Shown piece after piece: positions 1-9,919 of a stretch of DNA of 64,000 nucleotides (position 1 is its first letter; each line of letters opens with the position of its first letter). Position numbers and translations under genes: made by a program. The stretch is from assembly GCA_963702205.1 (NCBI GenBank), contig OY969724.1, forward strand, positions 1,088,001-1,152,000, read 5' to 3'. Source of the DNA: an uncultured candidate division Zixibacteria bacterium (GTDB taxonomy: Bacteria > Zixibacteria > MSB-5A5 > GN15 > PGXB01). The notes under the pieces were generated by a model. It was not told the origin of the DNA. It saw only the letters and a list, made by a program, of their open reading frames with translations, and ran no database searches.

Positions 1-904
1 CGCTTTCGGTCTTATAGGCTGCGTTTTGGTCCTGCTTATGGGATGTGACAGCGCCTCGACCGATCCAAAACTCCAGACCGGCGACGTCAACGATCCGGAA
101 TTCCAGCAAATCGATGGCTTATTCGGGACCGGTTTCACCGACATGAGCGGAACCATGCTGGATTTGACGTTTAACCTGATAGACTCCATCCCGGCCCCGG
201 CTGAGGTCAGAAAACCGACGGCTTTTGCCGCCTCGGAAAATTTCGATAACCTCGAATTTTCGTATTCCTATAATGCCGAAACGTATTGGCACGTCTTCAC
301 GGTCAGCGCTTCGACATCTGAGGACGATGGCAGCGGCGGGACGGTTACCTTCACGTTCAGCGGCTCGGACTCGGTGCGCTTTGCGAATGCCGGGGGATAT
401 GTTCAGTACCCCGATGAATCGATCACGGGCGCGTCGATTCGCTGGCATTTCGACGCCGATGTGTCTGCATCCGACGGTGATTTCAGCTATGACAGCGATG
501 CCAACATAAACCTGACCGGCGAATATCAGGGCGATTTCACGCTCAGCGGTGCGTCGTCCGATTCCGTTTCGTTGTCTGTGACCGACGGTGACGCGACTTG
601 TGCTCTGGATATCTCGGCCGCCCAGGTTTACAGCGACGTTTATGCCCCGTCGTCGGATCAGGGCCAAAGCTGCCCGACCAGCGGCCGAATCGACGTCGCC
701 GCCTCGATCGATCTTCAATGCGAAGGGCAGGCACCAGAGGGCTACGACGAACTGTCGATCAACGGCGACTGGATGATTGCCTATATATTCAACGACGGCA
801 CCATTACGGTTGTCTACAGCGATGGTACCACGCAATGGGCGACGACCGATGACTGCGGCTCGGAAGTGACCTATTCGCCGCATCTGCCGGTAGTGCAGCA
901 ATAA
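1..904 (+). CDS. Hypothetical acidic Ser/Thr/Asp-rich lipoprotein, 5' end probably outside the window
   Basis: ORF 26..904 with lipobox-like LLMGC after a hydrophobic stretch; the frame is open back to the window start. Confidence 0.7.
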   Translation, partial: AFGLIGCVLVLLMGCDSASTDPKLQTGDVNDPEFQQIDGLFGTGFTDMSGTMLDLTFNLIDSIPAPAEVRKPTAFAASENFDNLEFSYSYNAETYWHVFTVSASTSEDDGSGGTVTFTFSGSDSVRFANAGGYVQYPDESITGASIRWHFDADVSASDGDFSYDSDANINLTGEYQGDFTLSGASSDSVSLSVTDGDATCALDISAAQVYSDVYAPSSDQGQSCPTSGRIDVAASIDLQCEGQAPEGYDELSINGDWMIAYIFNDGTITVVYSDGTTQWATTDDCGSEVTYSPHLPVVQQ

Positions 905-937
905 AGTAATCGAATTAGCATAGACAACAAATTCTGT

Positions 938-970
938 AAGCCCCGCCGTATTTTGCGCCGGGGCTTTTTT
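938..970 (+). terminator. Intrinsic terminator
   Basis: AAGCCCCG..CGGGGCTT stem followed by a T-tract. Confidence 0.8.
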
Positions 971-1011
971 ATCTCCCTCATGGAGTTCAGCCGGTTACTG
1001 TACCGCAAGTT

Positions 1012-1056
1012 CTGCCGGGTCTTGCCCTCGACGGAGGCGAGGGTGTGACCCGGCAG
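1012..1056. repeat. REP-like palindrome, family A (CTGnCnGGTC-hairpin-GACCnGnCAG)
   Basis: CTGCCGGGTC..GACCCGGCAG; flanks AGTT- and -TCTTGTA are shared with the copy at 25879. Confidence 0.7.
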
Positions 1057-1177
1057 TCTTGTATTATTACGACACATCGCGGAATCTATATGAGTGTCGC
1101 TGGCTACTGGCTTAAAAATCCTGAGCATGCGGAATAAATTTTGTAACCATGGAAGATTATTTCCGTACAACTAAACT

Positions 1178-2281
1178 ATGGCATACTCCAAAATCTTGAT
1201 TTTTATTGGTTCGCTCTTGATTCTGTCGCAAACTACCGGCGCCAGATCTCGATGTATCGCTTTCGCAGATAATCCTGAATACACGATTCAGTTTGCACAG
1301 CAGGCACACGAGGCTGCAAAGCCGGGATATTCGGCTATTTTGCTGCACGGTGATTCGGTCATTACTGAAGTGTATGCGGGACATGCGGACATACAGCCCG
1401 CCAGAAAAATAAGTAAAGATTCGCAGTTCTATATCGCGTCGATCGCTAAAACGATGACGGCCGCGGCGATCCTGTTGCTCGCTCAGGAGAACAGACTGAA
1501 TCTAGACGACCGGATTCGCTCTTATTTGCCGGATCTGCCGGCCTTCACGGATTATATTCGGATATACCACCTGCTCACGCATACTTCGGGATTGATAGAC
1601 TATTATGATGTCTATGGTGAAAAACCTCGCGGTCTCACGAACGAAAGTATTATGAATTTTGTCCGGACCACTGATTCACTTTTGTTCGAACCGGGAGTTA
1701 ATTATAGCTACAGCAACACCGGGTACGTAATTCTGGCCGAGATCATAGAAAAAGTCGCCGGCATGAGTTATGCCCGATTTCTCCACCAGAAGTTATTTCA
1801 ACCTCTACACATGGACCACACGGTTGTAGTCGATCAACCGGGAATTTCGATTCCGGATCGAGTGATCGGCTACGTGACAGATTCATCGGGCATTCTACGA
1901 GCTTGCGATTACGAAAACACATTTGTCACCGGTGGGGGCGGGATATATTCGACGATCGGTGATCTGAAAAAATGGGTGCGTGCTCTCTGGACCGGAAAAG
2001 TCCTGTCTCGGAAGTGGCTGGCCCTGATGCTTGATTTTCCCACAACCTTACGCGGTGCCAAATCATATTTTGGTATGGGCTGGACCAATGAAAGCTTCAG
2101 CACCAAAGATCCCGATTATGGGGGGCAACAGGTATATGGATCTTTGGGGGTATTGCGTGGATTTCGAACCGGGATATTCGTCGTGCCGGATGCCGATCTC
2201 ACACTTATCTTTCTCAGCAATTCCGGAACGATGGGCGTAGATCCAATGGGCATCATCAGGCATTATATTACTAATCAATAG
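1178..2281 (+). CDS. Serine hydrolase, beta-lactamase class C / penicillin-binding family
   Basis: SIAK (SxxK), LLTHTSG and YSN motifs; signal peptide. Confidence 0.9.
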   Translation: MAYSKILIFIGSLLILSQTTGARSRCIAFADNPEYTIQFAQQAHEAAKPGYSAILLHGDSVITEVYAGHADIQPARKISKDSQFYIASIAKTMTAAAILLLAQENRLNLDDRIRSYLPDLPAFTDYIRIYHLLTHTSGLIDYYDVYGEKPRGLTNESIMNFVRTTDSLLFEPGVNYSYSNTGYVILAEIIEKVAGMSYARFLHQKLFQPLHMDHTVVVDQPGISIPDRVIGYVTDSSGILRACDYENTFVTGGGGIYSTIGDLKKWVRALWTGKVLSRKWLALMLDFPTTLRGAKSYFGMGWTNESFSTKDPDYGGQQVYGSLGVLRGFRTGIFVVPDADLTLIFLSNSGTMGVDPMGIIRHYITNQ

Positions 2282-2446
2282 CTCCTGGCGCAACGGGAAA
2301 TGGTAAGGGTGTAACTCGGCAGTCCTCAGGAGTATTACATCACATAACCGAATTTATCCGGGGTGTCAATCCAAAAGCCTTGACACGACGGACGATGACC
2401 GTTTAATTGTGGCCGGTTAGATCAGACATCTTTCTTTCGACAAATC

Positions 2447-2531
2447 GGAGGAGTGGCTGAGTGGTCGAAAGCGGCGGTCTTGAAAACCGTTGTACCGCAA
2501 GGTACCGTGGGTTCGAATCCTACCTCCTCCG
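2447..2531 (+). tRNA. tRNA-Ser(UGA), CCA not encoded
   Basis: GGAGGAG/CCTCC acceptor stem, anticodon loop CTTGAAA, long variable arm GTACC-GCAA-GGTAC, T-loop GTTCGAATC. Confidence 0.95.
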
Positions 2532-2642
2532 CTTTTAGAACGCGTCGGAGCCTTAGCGACTTACGCGTTCTTAAACCCTGAGTTTTGCGAAGGGTCAACA
2601 GATCACAGCACATCAGCAAGCTTTGCGAAGGGTCAACAGATC

Positions 2643-2936
2643 ATGGCAGATCAGTGGTATCTATATATTCTTGAATGCCGCGATGGTTCATATTATACGG
2701 GTGTTACTATTAATATTGCCGAGCGCTTGAAGCGCCATAATTCTGGCAAAGGAGCCAAATTTACTCGCAGTCGCCGTCCATGTCGGCTAGTTTACTTTGA
2801 AGATTGTAATTCAGAAAAAGATGCCGGAAGACGGGAATTAGAAATAAAGGGCTGGAAGCGAAGCAAAAAAGACGAACTGGTAAGTGGGTTTCCTTCGTCA
2901 ATCCTGACGGACTTCCTCAGGATCTCCGGGCAATAG
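2643..2936 (+). CDS. GIY-YIG nuclease (UPF0213/YazA-like)
   Basis: WYLYILECRDGSYYTGVT..RLKRHNSGKGAKFTRSRRP..LVYFE..RELEIK; start taken as ATG 2643. Confidence 0.9.
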   Translation: MADQWYLYILECRDGSYYTGVTINIAERLKRHNSGKGAKFTRSRRPCRLVYFEDCNSEKDAGRRELEIKGWKRSKKDELVSGFPSSILTDFLRISGQ

Positions 2937-3125
2937 CCTCTCGTTGAAACCTTCCACCACACTATATTGTATCACTTATTAGCGTCACCAAGCGCTTTCA
3001 ATTCGTCCGTCTGTTTCAAATGAAGTCATACCGATTCGAGGCTTGACGACAAATATGTCGTGCCATAGGTTGGTATAACCTGCAAGACTTTATTGGGAAG
3101 CTTCATACAGAGATTAAAGGTCAAT

Positions 3126-3848
3126 ATGATTCAGCGGTTGAGCATAATATTCGTTCTTATTTTGGTGCTCGTCGGCGTTCTGTCTATCGGCAGAGCTGAC
3201 AACCAGCCCAGGGCGGTATCGTACTGGTTGTGGGCGGGCATAACCGCCGAAGACGCACCATCGAACTCGGAGCTCTATGTCTATCAGGGCAGCATATATA
3301 CCGACAACGGCGGATCATCGTATAACCGCCTCGGCTTGTATCCCTATCCGCTTAAATGCACCAAGCTTTTTTTGGTGTACCGTCTGGACGGCCAACTGCC
3401 GGAGGCCGGGTTTATTGTCGATCAGTTTCTGAAAAATGCGGCGTGGTGGCACAGCCATCCGGTGTCGGTTTCGGGATTGCAGCTTGATTTCGATTCGCCG
3501 ACGTCGAAGCTGGCGGCATATAGTAATTTTTTGAGCGAGGTCAGGCGGTTGCTTCCTCAGAACTATGCTCTGAGCGTCACGGGCCTGGGCGACTGGGTTT
3601 TTGGCGGAGATGAAGACGCGCTGCATTCGATTTCGTCATCGGTCGATGAGATAGTCTTCCAGCTTTATCAGGGCCGACAGACACTTCCCTATTTCGATGA
3701 TTATGCATCGAAGCTGAAAGAATACCCCCGCCCGTTTCGGATCGGGCTGCTTTACGGAGCCCCGACTTCCAGTTCGGTTCGGACTTTGGAGGCTAATCCT
3801 AATTACCGGGGCGTCATATACTTCATTCAAAAGGATAAATTGAAATGA
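3126..3848 (+). CDS. DUF3142-like protein (possible GH18-like TIM barrel)
   Basis: YWLWAG, GLQLDFDSPT, LSVTGLGDW and VDEIVFQLYQGR motifs as recalled for DUF3142; signal peptide. Confidence 0.65.
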   Translation: MIQRLSIIFVLILVLVGVLSIGRADNQPRAVSYWLWAGITAEDAPSNSELYVYQGSIYTDNGGSSYNRLGLYPYPLKCTKLFLVYRLDGQLPEAGFIVDQFLKNAAWWHSHPVSVSGLQLDFDSPTSKLAAYSNFLSEVRRLLPQNYALSVTGLGDWVFGGDEDALHSISSSVDEIVFQLYQGRQTLPYFDDYASKLKEYPRPFRIGLLYGAPTSSSVRTLEANPNYRGVIYFIQKDKLK

Positions 3849-5674
3849 AAAAATACATTTTGTTTTGTCTGGTGATAGCGATTTTATGCTTAAATCCTGG
3901 TCATGCCTGCATCTTTTCACCCGACCCCTATTTTCATATGCCGTCGTATATCGACCCTGACTATATAACTCCGGACTACGCCGAGGCCCGGTATGGCAGA
4001 AAAACGACCTTGGGAATGATTTTGGATCATTGCGACCACCGCGAATCAGAACAAGACAGCACCAGCGATGTGCAGTTGCGCGAGCTTAGCGCGAAGGAAG
4101 AGCCGGAGGCTTATCTTGCGTACGAGCAGGGTGCCGGGTTGTTTCAGGCCCGTGATTACATGCCGGCCCTTGAGATTTTTGCCCAGTTAAAAAATACTCC
4201 CGAACCCGAACAAGGATGGTGGGCGAAGCTTTTCGGAAGGAAACCCCATTCCTGGGTCAAAGAAGCCTCCAGTTATATGGTCGCGCGGTGTCAATTAGTT
4301 ATCGCGCAAAAAAATTGGAGCGGCTACCGGGGTTCGCTCAGGATGATTGATCCGAATATGCTCAAATCGGCGGATTCATCGTACCACCGATATCTTGATG
4401 AATATCCCAATGGCATCTATGCCAATTCAGCCCGCAACATTTTCCGGAAAATATATTTTCTTTCGGGTGAGCAAATGCAATTGGACCGGGCGTTGAGAAA
4501 AGCGGTGCTGGAGCAATATCCGATAGCGGGCAATTATTCGCCGGATAAACCCGTGAACGAAGACATAATTAAAGAGTTCATGAACTATTTTCGCGGTAAG
4601 ATAGACTTTGCCCACGATTCACCGATTCTCTGCGCCTATGAATGGCTGGGGCATCAAAAGCCTGACCCTCAGGACATGACTGAATTGGAAGCCAGGGAAA
4701 AAGATTTTGCGGTCTATCCGGGGTTGTTTAGATATGTCCGCGCTCTTGGGCTCTATAAACTGGAGCGCTACCGGGAGCTTCTCGACAAAACGCCCGAGAA
4801 ACCGGTCGCCGATACGATGCTGTGGCTCAGCGTGCAAATATTAAGAGCGCGGGCTTTTGCACGACTCGGAGACGAGACGGCGTCGATGAATTTACTCGAA
4901 AAAATGTTGACCGTATCACACCAGGACGAGATTGAAGTTGAAATAGCGAGTCAGGTACTGAACAGGGGTGACGGGCTGTGGCTGTTTACCGATAAATCAC
5001 CGATTACAAAAATCAATTACCTTCGTACATTTGCATTGTACGGCTTGACCGATGAAGAACTTGAGTCCGGAATTGCTACGAGCGAAATCTCGGGGGAAAA
5101 ACAGCGGATTTTGGCCGATGAGCTGGCCCGACGATACATTCTTTCGGGACGTTTTAAGGAATTGGTACGTCTATTGGATGAAAAACTGGCATTAATATTT
5201 TCGCAGATCAAGCCAGTGGCCGAAAGTCTTGCCGTTAATCCTCGCAATGTTGAAGCTCTCGCAGATATGGGTGAATTCTTGTTGGAGAAAAACATCAATC
5301 CCCGTTCGTTACTCGAGCGTCTTAACAATGAAGATTGGACCGGTGATCCGTGGGCGGATTTGCGGCGATGTAATCCGTGCCATGATTTCGGCGAACGGAT
5401 CAAAGATTATACGCCGCCCATATCATTTTTCATGTCGGTCGTGGAGATTTCGAAAAGCCTGAACAAGAAGAGTGAGGCCGAAGCCAAAGCGTTGCACTAT
5501 ATCGTTCAGGGCGGACGGCAGGGAGACAGGGCTTACAGATGCACGTGGAAAAATCCTTATAACGATGATACGGTCCTCACCCGAAGCAAGAATGCGTTTG
5601 AACGGTTACACAAGCTCTATCCCGATTCACCGTGGACGAAAGCGACGCCTTATTATTATAAAATGAGATATTGA
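3845..5674 (+). CDS. Secreted alpha-helical (TPR-like) protein, translationally coupled to the DUF3142-like gene
   Basis: 609 aa ORF overlapping the upstream stop (ATGA); signal peptide; C-terminal LHKLYPDSPWTKATPYYY. Confidence 0.7.
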   Translation: MKKYILFCLVIAILCLNPGHACIFSPDPYFHMPSYIDPDYITPDYAEARYGRKTTLGMILDHCDHRESEQDSTSDVQLRELSAKEEPEAYLAYEQGAGLFQARDYMPALEIFAQLKNTPEPEQGWWAKLFGRKPHSWVKEASSYMVARCQLVIAQKNWSGYRGSLRMIDPNMLKSADSSYHRYLDEYPNGIYANSARNIFRKIYFLSGEQMQLDRALRKAVLEQYPIAGNYSPDKPVNEDIIKEFMNYFRGKIDFAHDSPILCAYEWLGHQKPDPQDMTELEAREKDFAVYPGLFRYVRALGLYKLERYRELLDKTPEKPVADTMLWLSVQILRARAFARLGDETASMNLLEKMLTVSHQDEIEVEIASQVLNRGDGLWLFTDKSPITKINYLRTFALYGLTDEELESGIATSEISGEKQRILADELARRYILSGRFKELVRLLDEKLALIFSQIKPVAESLAVNPRNVEALADMGEFLLEKNINPRSLLERLNNEDWTGDPWADLRRCNPCHDFGERIKDYTPPISFFMSVVEISKSLNKKSEAEAKALHYIVQGGRQGDRAYRCTWKNPYNDDTVLTRSKNAFERLHKLYPDSPWTKATPYYYKMRY

Positions 5675-5814
5675 AATGAAGGTACAAGTTATGTCTGTAT
5701 GAAGTTGGTGCGGCCGTCAGAACGATAAAATCTTTGCGATTGCTGTATGACGTTTGTCCGACGGGAAACCGGAATTGGTTTCTCGTCGTCGCTTTTTCAT
5801 AGCAAGATAATCAA

Positions 5815-8800
5815 TTACGGGCATGCACCCGTATTGCCCGATATATGGGCTGTCCGGCTCCAGCTGTGTCCCTCCAACTGAGTCTGTAAATCAGTAGCGA
5901 AATTTTCGCACAGGCTGGCGTTGTCCTGTATGTACAGATCGTAAGTAAGGCTTTCCAGGTCATCCAGACCCAGCATGGTTAATGAGGGGTTGTCCTGAAT
6001 CATCAGCAAGCCCCCGATTGACGTGACGGACGCCAGTCCGCCAAGGTCCGCAATTTGGGCATTGTTGCGCACCCAGAGTGAGCCGCCGATGGAGCCGATG
6101 TTTGTCAGTGCATCCAATGATGTCAGATTGTCGTTATTGGTAATATCCAGAGAGCCACCGATCGAAGTGAACCCGCTCACGACGTCGATACTAGACAGGC
6201 CCGAATTGTTGACCAGCGCAAAGTCGCCGTTGATTGCATCGCTCAAGGCCGCGACACCGGCGAGCAAAGAAAGATCGGCCAGACCCGACGTATTGCGAAT
6301 ATAAATGTGGCGGCCTATGTGGGTCAGGACATCGAAACGCACCGAAGTCAGCGTCGACGTGTTGTCGATATTGAGATCGGCCCCGATGCTGGTTACCGAC
6401 CGAAAATCTATATCTGCAAGATTGATGTTGTTCTGAATGCGCAGATCGTTGGGTGCGGCCTGCAGGCTGGACATATCGAGGCAGGTAATCCCATTGCTTG
6501 TAAACCAGACCTGGCGGCCGACTATCTGAATGCCGCTCAAACCGTCGACGTTCTGCAATAAAGAGTTGCTGGTCACGTAAAGATGGCCATTGGCACCCAG
6601 CGCCGTAAGACCAGCCAAACCGTCGAGGTTTTGCAGATTATAGTTCCTGTCGATCTCGAGGCTTCCGCCGAGCGAAGTTAAAGAGCTCAGGTTGTCGAGA
6701 TGGTCGAGTTCGTTGTTTTCGCTGATAATGAGATTAAAGTCGATCGATGTCAGGTTGTCTAATCCATGTAAATTGTCCAATGAAATGTCACCCTCGATTA
6801 TCAGGTTGCCCGCAATCGTTGTGATCCCGTCGAGTGCCGAAAGATCGCTGAGTTCCGGATTGTCCTGGATTTCCAGACTGCCGTCGATTGAAGTCAGGTT
6901 GTCGAGCCCATCGACGTCCACGAGATTGGCATTGTCCAGGATATTGATTTCTCCGCCTACCGATTGCAGACTTCCAAACGTGAGGCTGGTCAAAGACGCA
7001 TTGTCATTGTCCTCGACGGCAAGAAAACCACCGACGGATTCAAGATTGGGTAATCCGAGGCTGGTCAGACCGGGGTTACCGTGGAAATCGACTGAACCAA
7101 TCTTGAGATAACCTCCGATCGAGACCAGATTATCCAGAGCCGCGAGCGAGCCAAGCACCGGGTTATCTATGATCTTGACATAGTCGTTGAGAGCTGTGGT
7201 GGCCTCGATACCATTGAGGTCTTCGAGCAGGCTGTTGCGGAAGATATCTATTGCCCCGGTGACCACAAGCGGCGTGGCAGCGGACGAACCGAATCCGAGG
7301 GTTGTCAGTGCCTGGTTCTGGTAGATTTGTAAGTCTTCAATACTGGCCAGCGACGTCAGTCCGGACAGGTCTTCAAGACCGGTATTGGATTCAATATACA
7401 GCGTGCCGACGTCTTCCAGAGTTGAGATATCAATTGTCACAAGACCCGGATTGCCACCGTAATAGCTGGTTCCGACTATGAGGGACGGCAGCGATGTGAT
7501 TGATGTCAGGTGAGACAGGGTCGTAAGCACCGCATTGTCGGTAATCGAGAGAGATTCGCCGACAGTGGTCAAAGTCCCAAGGCCGTCGAGGGAGGCAAGC
7601 AAGGCGTTGCCTCTTATTTCAACCTGGCCGGTCACCGACGCAAGATTATCGAGCCCGGTGAGACTTGTAAGCGCATCGTTGTTCGTAATCTCCAAACCGG
7701 CATCGTACTCACCAATGCCCAGCGATGTAATCTGCTCCAGCCCGGCCAGATTGGTAAGCGATGGATTGGTCTTGATGACCATGGAACCCGATATCGAGGT
7801 CACATTCCCGAGGCCGGAGATGCTTTGCAGAGCGGCGTTATTGATGACCTCGACAAACGCGCCGATTTCAGTGAGTCCGGATAATCCGTCGAGGTTTGTC
7901 AGAAGATCATTGCCCGTAATTTCGAGACTCTGACCGACAGTTGTAATACCGGACAAGCCGGTCACGTTTGTCAATGCATCGTTATTATATATTTCCAACC
8001 TTTCTCCAACCGAAGTGACTGATGCAAGACCCGTCAAATCAGTCAATGCCGTATTGCCAGTGATGATTAACGCCCCGCCGATCGTGGTCAAGCTGGTAAG
8101 CCCGTCGACATCCGCCAAATCTGAATAAATCAGCAGGTACCCGGTTATTCCGGTATATCCTGATATGGCCGCCATGTCGGCGGCGTCATTAATCGTATAG
8201 TTGCCGATCCAGATCGATGAACCGGTGACGGTCACCGTGTAATCCTGGGTGGAGGCATCCGCCGCCACGACGGTGTATGTGACTGCGGATGTAAAATTAT
8301 TGGGAGTGGTGCCGCTAACCTGCGTGGTCGCCCCGACCCGTACCGATGCACCGGTGGCCGTGAAGGTGGAGATTAAAGCCGTGACATCCGTCCCGTTGGA
8401 CACGCCGGCGGTGATCGCCGTTCCCACTATGGTTGCGACAACGTCGACCGACAGCGCCGCATTGTCAGCGGCCAGGAAGCTGAAGGCGGTGATCTCTTTG
8501 GAGCTCGATGCCTCTGTCACGGTCACCGTGTAATCCTGGGTGGAGGCATCCGCCGCCACGACGGTGTATGTGACTGCGGATGTAAAATCGTTGGGAGTGG
8601 CGCCGCTAACCTGCGTGGTTGCCCCGACCTTCACCGATGTTCCGGTAAGTGATAAAGTGGCGATCAAGGCAGTGACGTCGGTTCCATCGGGTACGGAAGC
8701 TGTTATCGATGTCCCGGCTATTGTTGCGACGACATCAACAGACAAAGCCGTATTGTCTGCGGCCAGAAAACTGAATGCGGTGATCGTTTTAGTCGAGGAG

Positions 8801-8892
8801 TCTCCTCCCGTCGAGCTATCGCTCCCTCCTCCACAACTGATTAAGATTTGTGACACAGCTATCAGCAACGAATAGCAGACAAATCTTTTCAT
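5815..8892 (-). CDS. Large lipoprotein with two DUF5018-like Ig repeats and many receptor-L-domain/LRR repeats
   Basis: Lipobox LISC; two KxITAFSF..DFTSAVTYTVVAADASTQDYTVTV units; repeated LxxLxGLxxLTSIGGxLxIxxN. Confidence 0.85.
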   Translation of the reverse strand: MKRFVCYSLLIAVSQILISCGGGSDSSTGGDSSTKTITAFSFLAADNTALSVDVVATIAGTSITASVPDGTDVTALIATLSLTGTSVKVGATTQVSGATPNDFTSAVTYTVVAADASTQDYTVTVTEASSSKEITAFSFLAADNAALSVDVVATIVGTAITAGVSNGTDVTALISTFTATGASVRVGATTQVSGTTPNNFTSAVTYTVVAADASTQDYTVTVTGSSIWIGNYTINDAADMAAISGYTGITGYLLIYSDLADVDGLTSLTTIGGALIITGNTALTDLTGLASVTSVGERLEIYNNDALTNVTGLSGITTVGQSLEITGNDLLTNLDGLSGLTEIGAFVEVINNAALQSISGLGNVTSISGSMVIKTNPSLTNLAGLEQITSLGIGEYDAGLEITNNDALTSLTGLDNLASVTGQVEIRGNALLASLDGLGTLTTVGESLSITDNAVLTTLSHLTSITSLPSLIVGTSYYGGNPGLVTIDISTLEDVGTLYIESNTGLEDLSGLTSLASIEDLQIYQNQALTTLGFGSSAATPLVVTGAIDIFRNSLLEDLNGIEATTALNDYVKIIDNPVLGSLAALDNLVSIGGYLKIGSVDFHGNPGLTSLGLPNLESVGGFLAVEDNDNASLTSLTFGSLQSVGGEINILDNANLVDVDGLDNLTSIDGSLEIQDNPELSDLSALDGITTIAGNLIIEGDISLDNLHGLDNLTSIDFNLIISENNELDHLDNLSSLTSLGGSLEIDRNYNLQNLDGLAGLTALGANGHLYVTSNSLLQNVDGLSGIQIVGRQVWFTSNGITCLDMSSLQAAPNDLRIQNNINLADIDFRSVTSIGADLNIDNTSTLTSVRFDVLTHIGRHIYIRNTSGLADLSLLAGVAALSDAINGDFALVNNSGLSSIDVVSGFTSIGGSLDITNNDNLTSLDALTNIGSIGGSLWVRNNAQIADLGGLASVTSIGGLLMIQDNPSLTMLGLDDLESLTYDLYIQDNASLCENFATDLQTQLEGHSWSRTAHISGNTGACP

Positions 8893-9233
8893 AGTGTCCT
8901 CCCAACCCGGAAGTGCCGGGCGTACAGTAATTTAGATTTTTAAAAGACAGGGCGGATAAGAATCGTCATTGGGTGTAATTCGCCCGTCAACATAGTTTAT
9001 TTTCCCTGCCAAACACAGTGGCGAAGACATAAGATCGCCAACTGGCTCCAATATAGGGTAAATAGAAAGAATACGCAAGCGTTTGGACCGGAGATTTTTC
9101 CCCAATCGTCACCGCACCTTAGAGTCTTGAGCAGTACAAAATGGTAGGCAGTAAAAATACCCGGTGATAATGATTGGCTTTAATTTCAGGATTGCCTAAA
9201 TGAATGAAATAATCAACACCCGTTTGTCAAGAT

Positions 9234-9800
9234 TCAGACTCTTAGCCAGCCACGAAAACCTCGGGCGGCATAGTACGAATCCGCTCCGTTGTGATACACA
9301 AAGACTGCATCATAGCGGCGGTCACAAAAAATAGCCCCACCGAGTTTTCTGATATTGTTGGGCGTTTTAATCCAGCTCGACGTTTTCAAATCGAAGCTCC
9401 CGAGTTTCTGAAGCTCCCGATATTGTTCTTCCGTTAAAAGCTCAACGCCCATAGCGGCGGTCATATCAACGGCGCTATTTTTTGGTTTGTGTTCTTTTCT
9501 TGATATCAGCGCTTCACGGTCGTAGCAGAGACTTCGGCGGCCTTTGGGGCTCTCCGCCGAACAATCGTAGAATATGAATTCGCCGGTCATTTTATCAAAA
9601 CCCACGACGTCCGGTTCGCCTCCGGTCGTTTCCATTTCATTGAGCGACCACAGTTTTTGGGTATTAGCTTCAAGTCGTGCCAGCACTTGATCCCACTTAA
9701 GGCCCATATGGCGATTCATATTTTGCTCAAAACGGGTTTTCAATGCTGAGAGCAGTGCATCGCGTTGTTTTGGTGATAATTCCTTTTTTGTATTGGTCAT
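9234..9800 (-). CDS. DUF4256 family protein
   Basis: LWSLNEMETTGGEPDV, SAESPKGRRSLCYDREAL, HNGADSYYAARGFRG. Confidence 0.9.
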   Translation of the reverse strand: MTNTKKELSPKQRDALLSALKTRFEQNMNRHMGLKWDQVLARLEANTQKLWSLNEMETTGGEPDVVGFDKMTGEFIFYDCSAESPKGRRSLCYDREALISRKEHKPKNSAVDMTAAMGVELLTEEQYRELQKLGSFDLKTSSWIKTPNNIRKLGGAIFCDRRYDAVFVYHNGADSYYAARGFRGWLRV

Positions 9801-9919
9801 TTTGTTAATGCCTTTATGTCACGCCCCAAGTGGGCGTGACCTACCGGTAATTTTGCCGTCAGGAGCCCGGGTGAAGAACTATGGTGAAAATAAAAGGCTC
9901 CTGACGACTTTTGTATAGA

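Noticed and set aside
2422..2642. ORF 2422..2619 (-) and the 5' extension of ORF 2490
   Set aside because: They overlap the tRNA gene and repeats; shadow ORFs.
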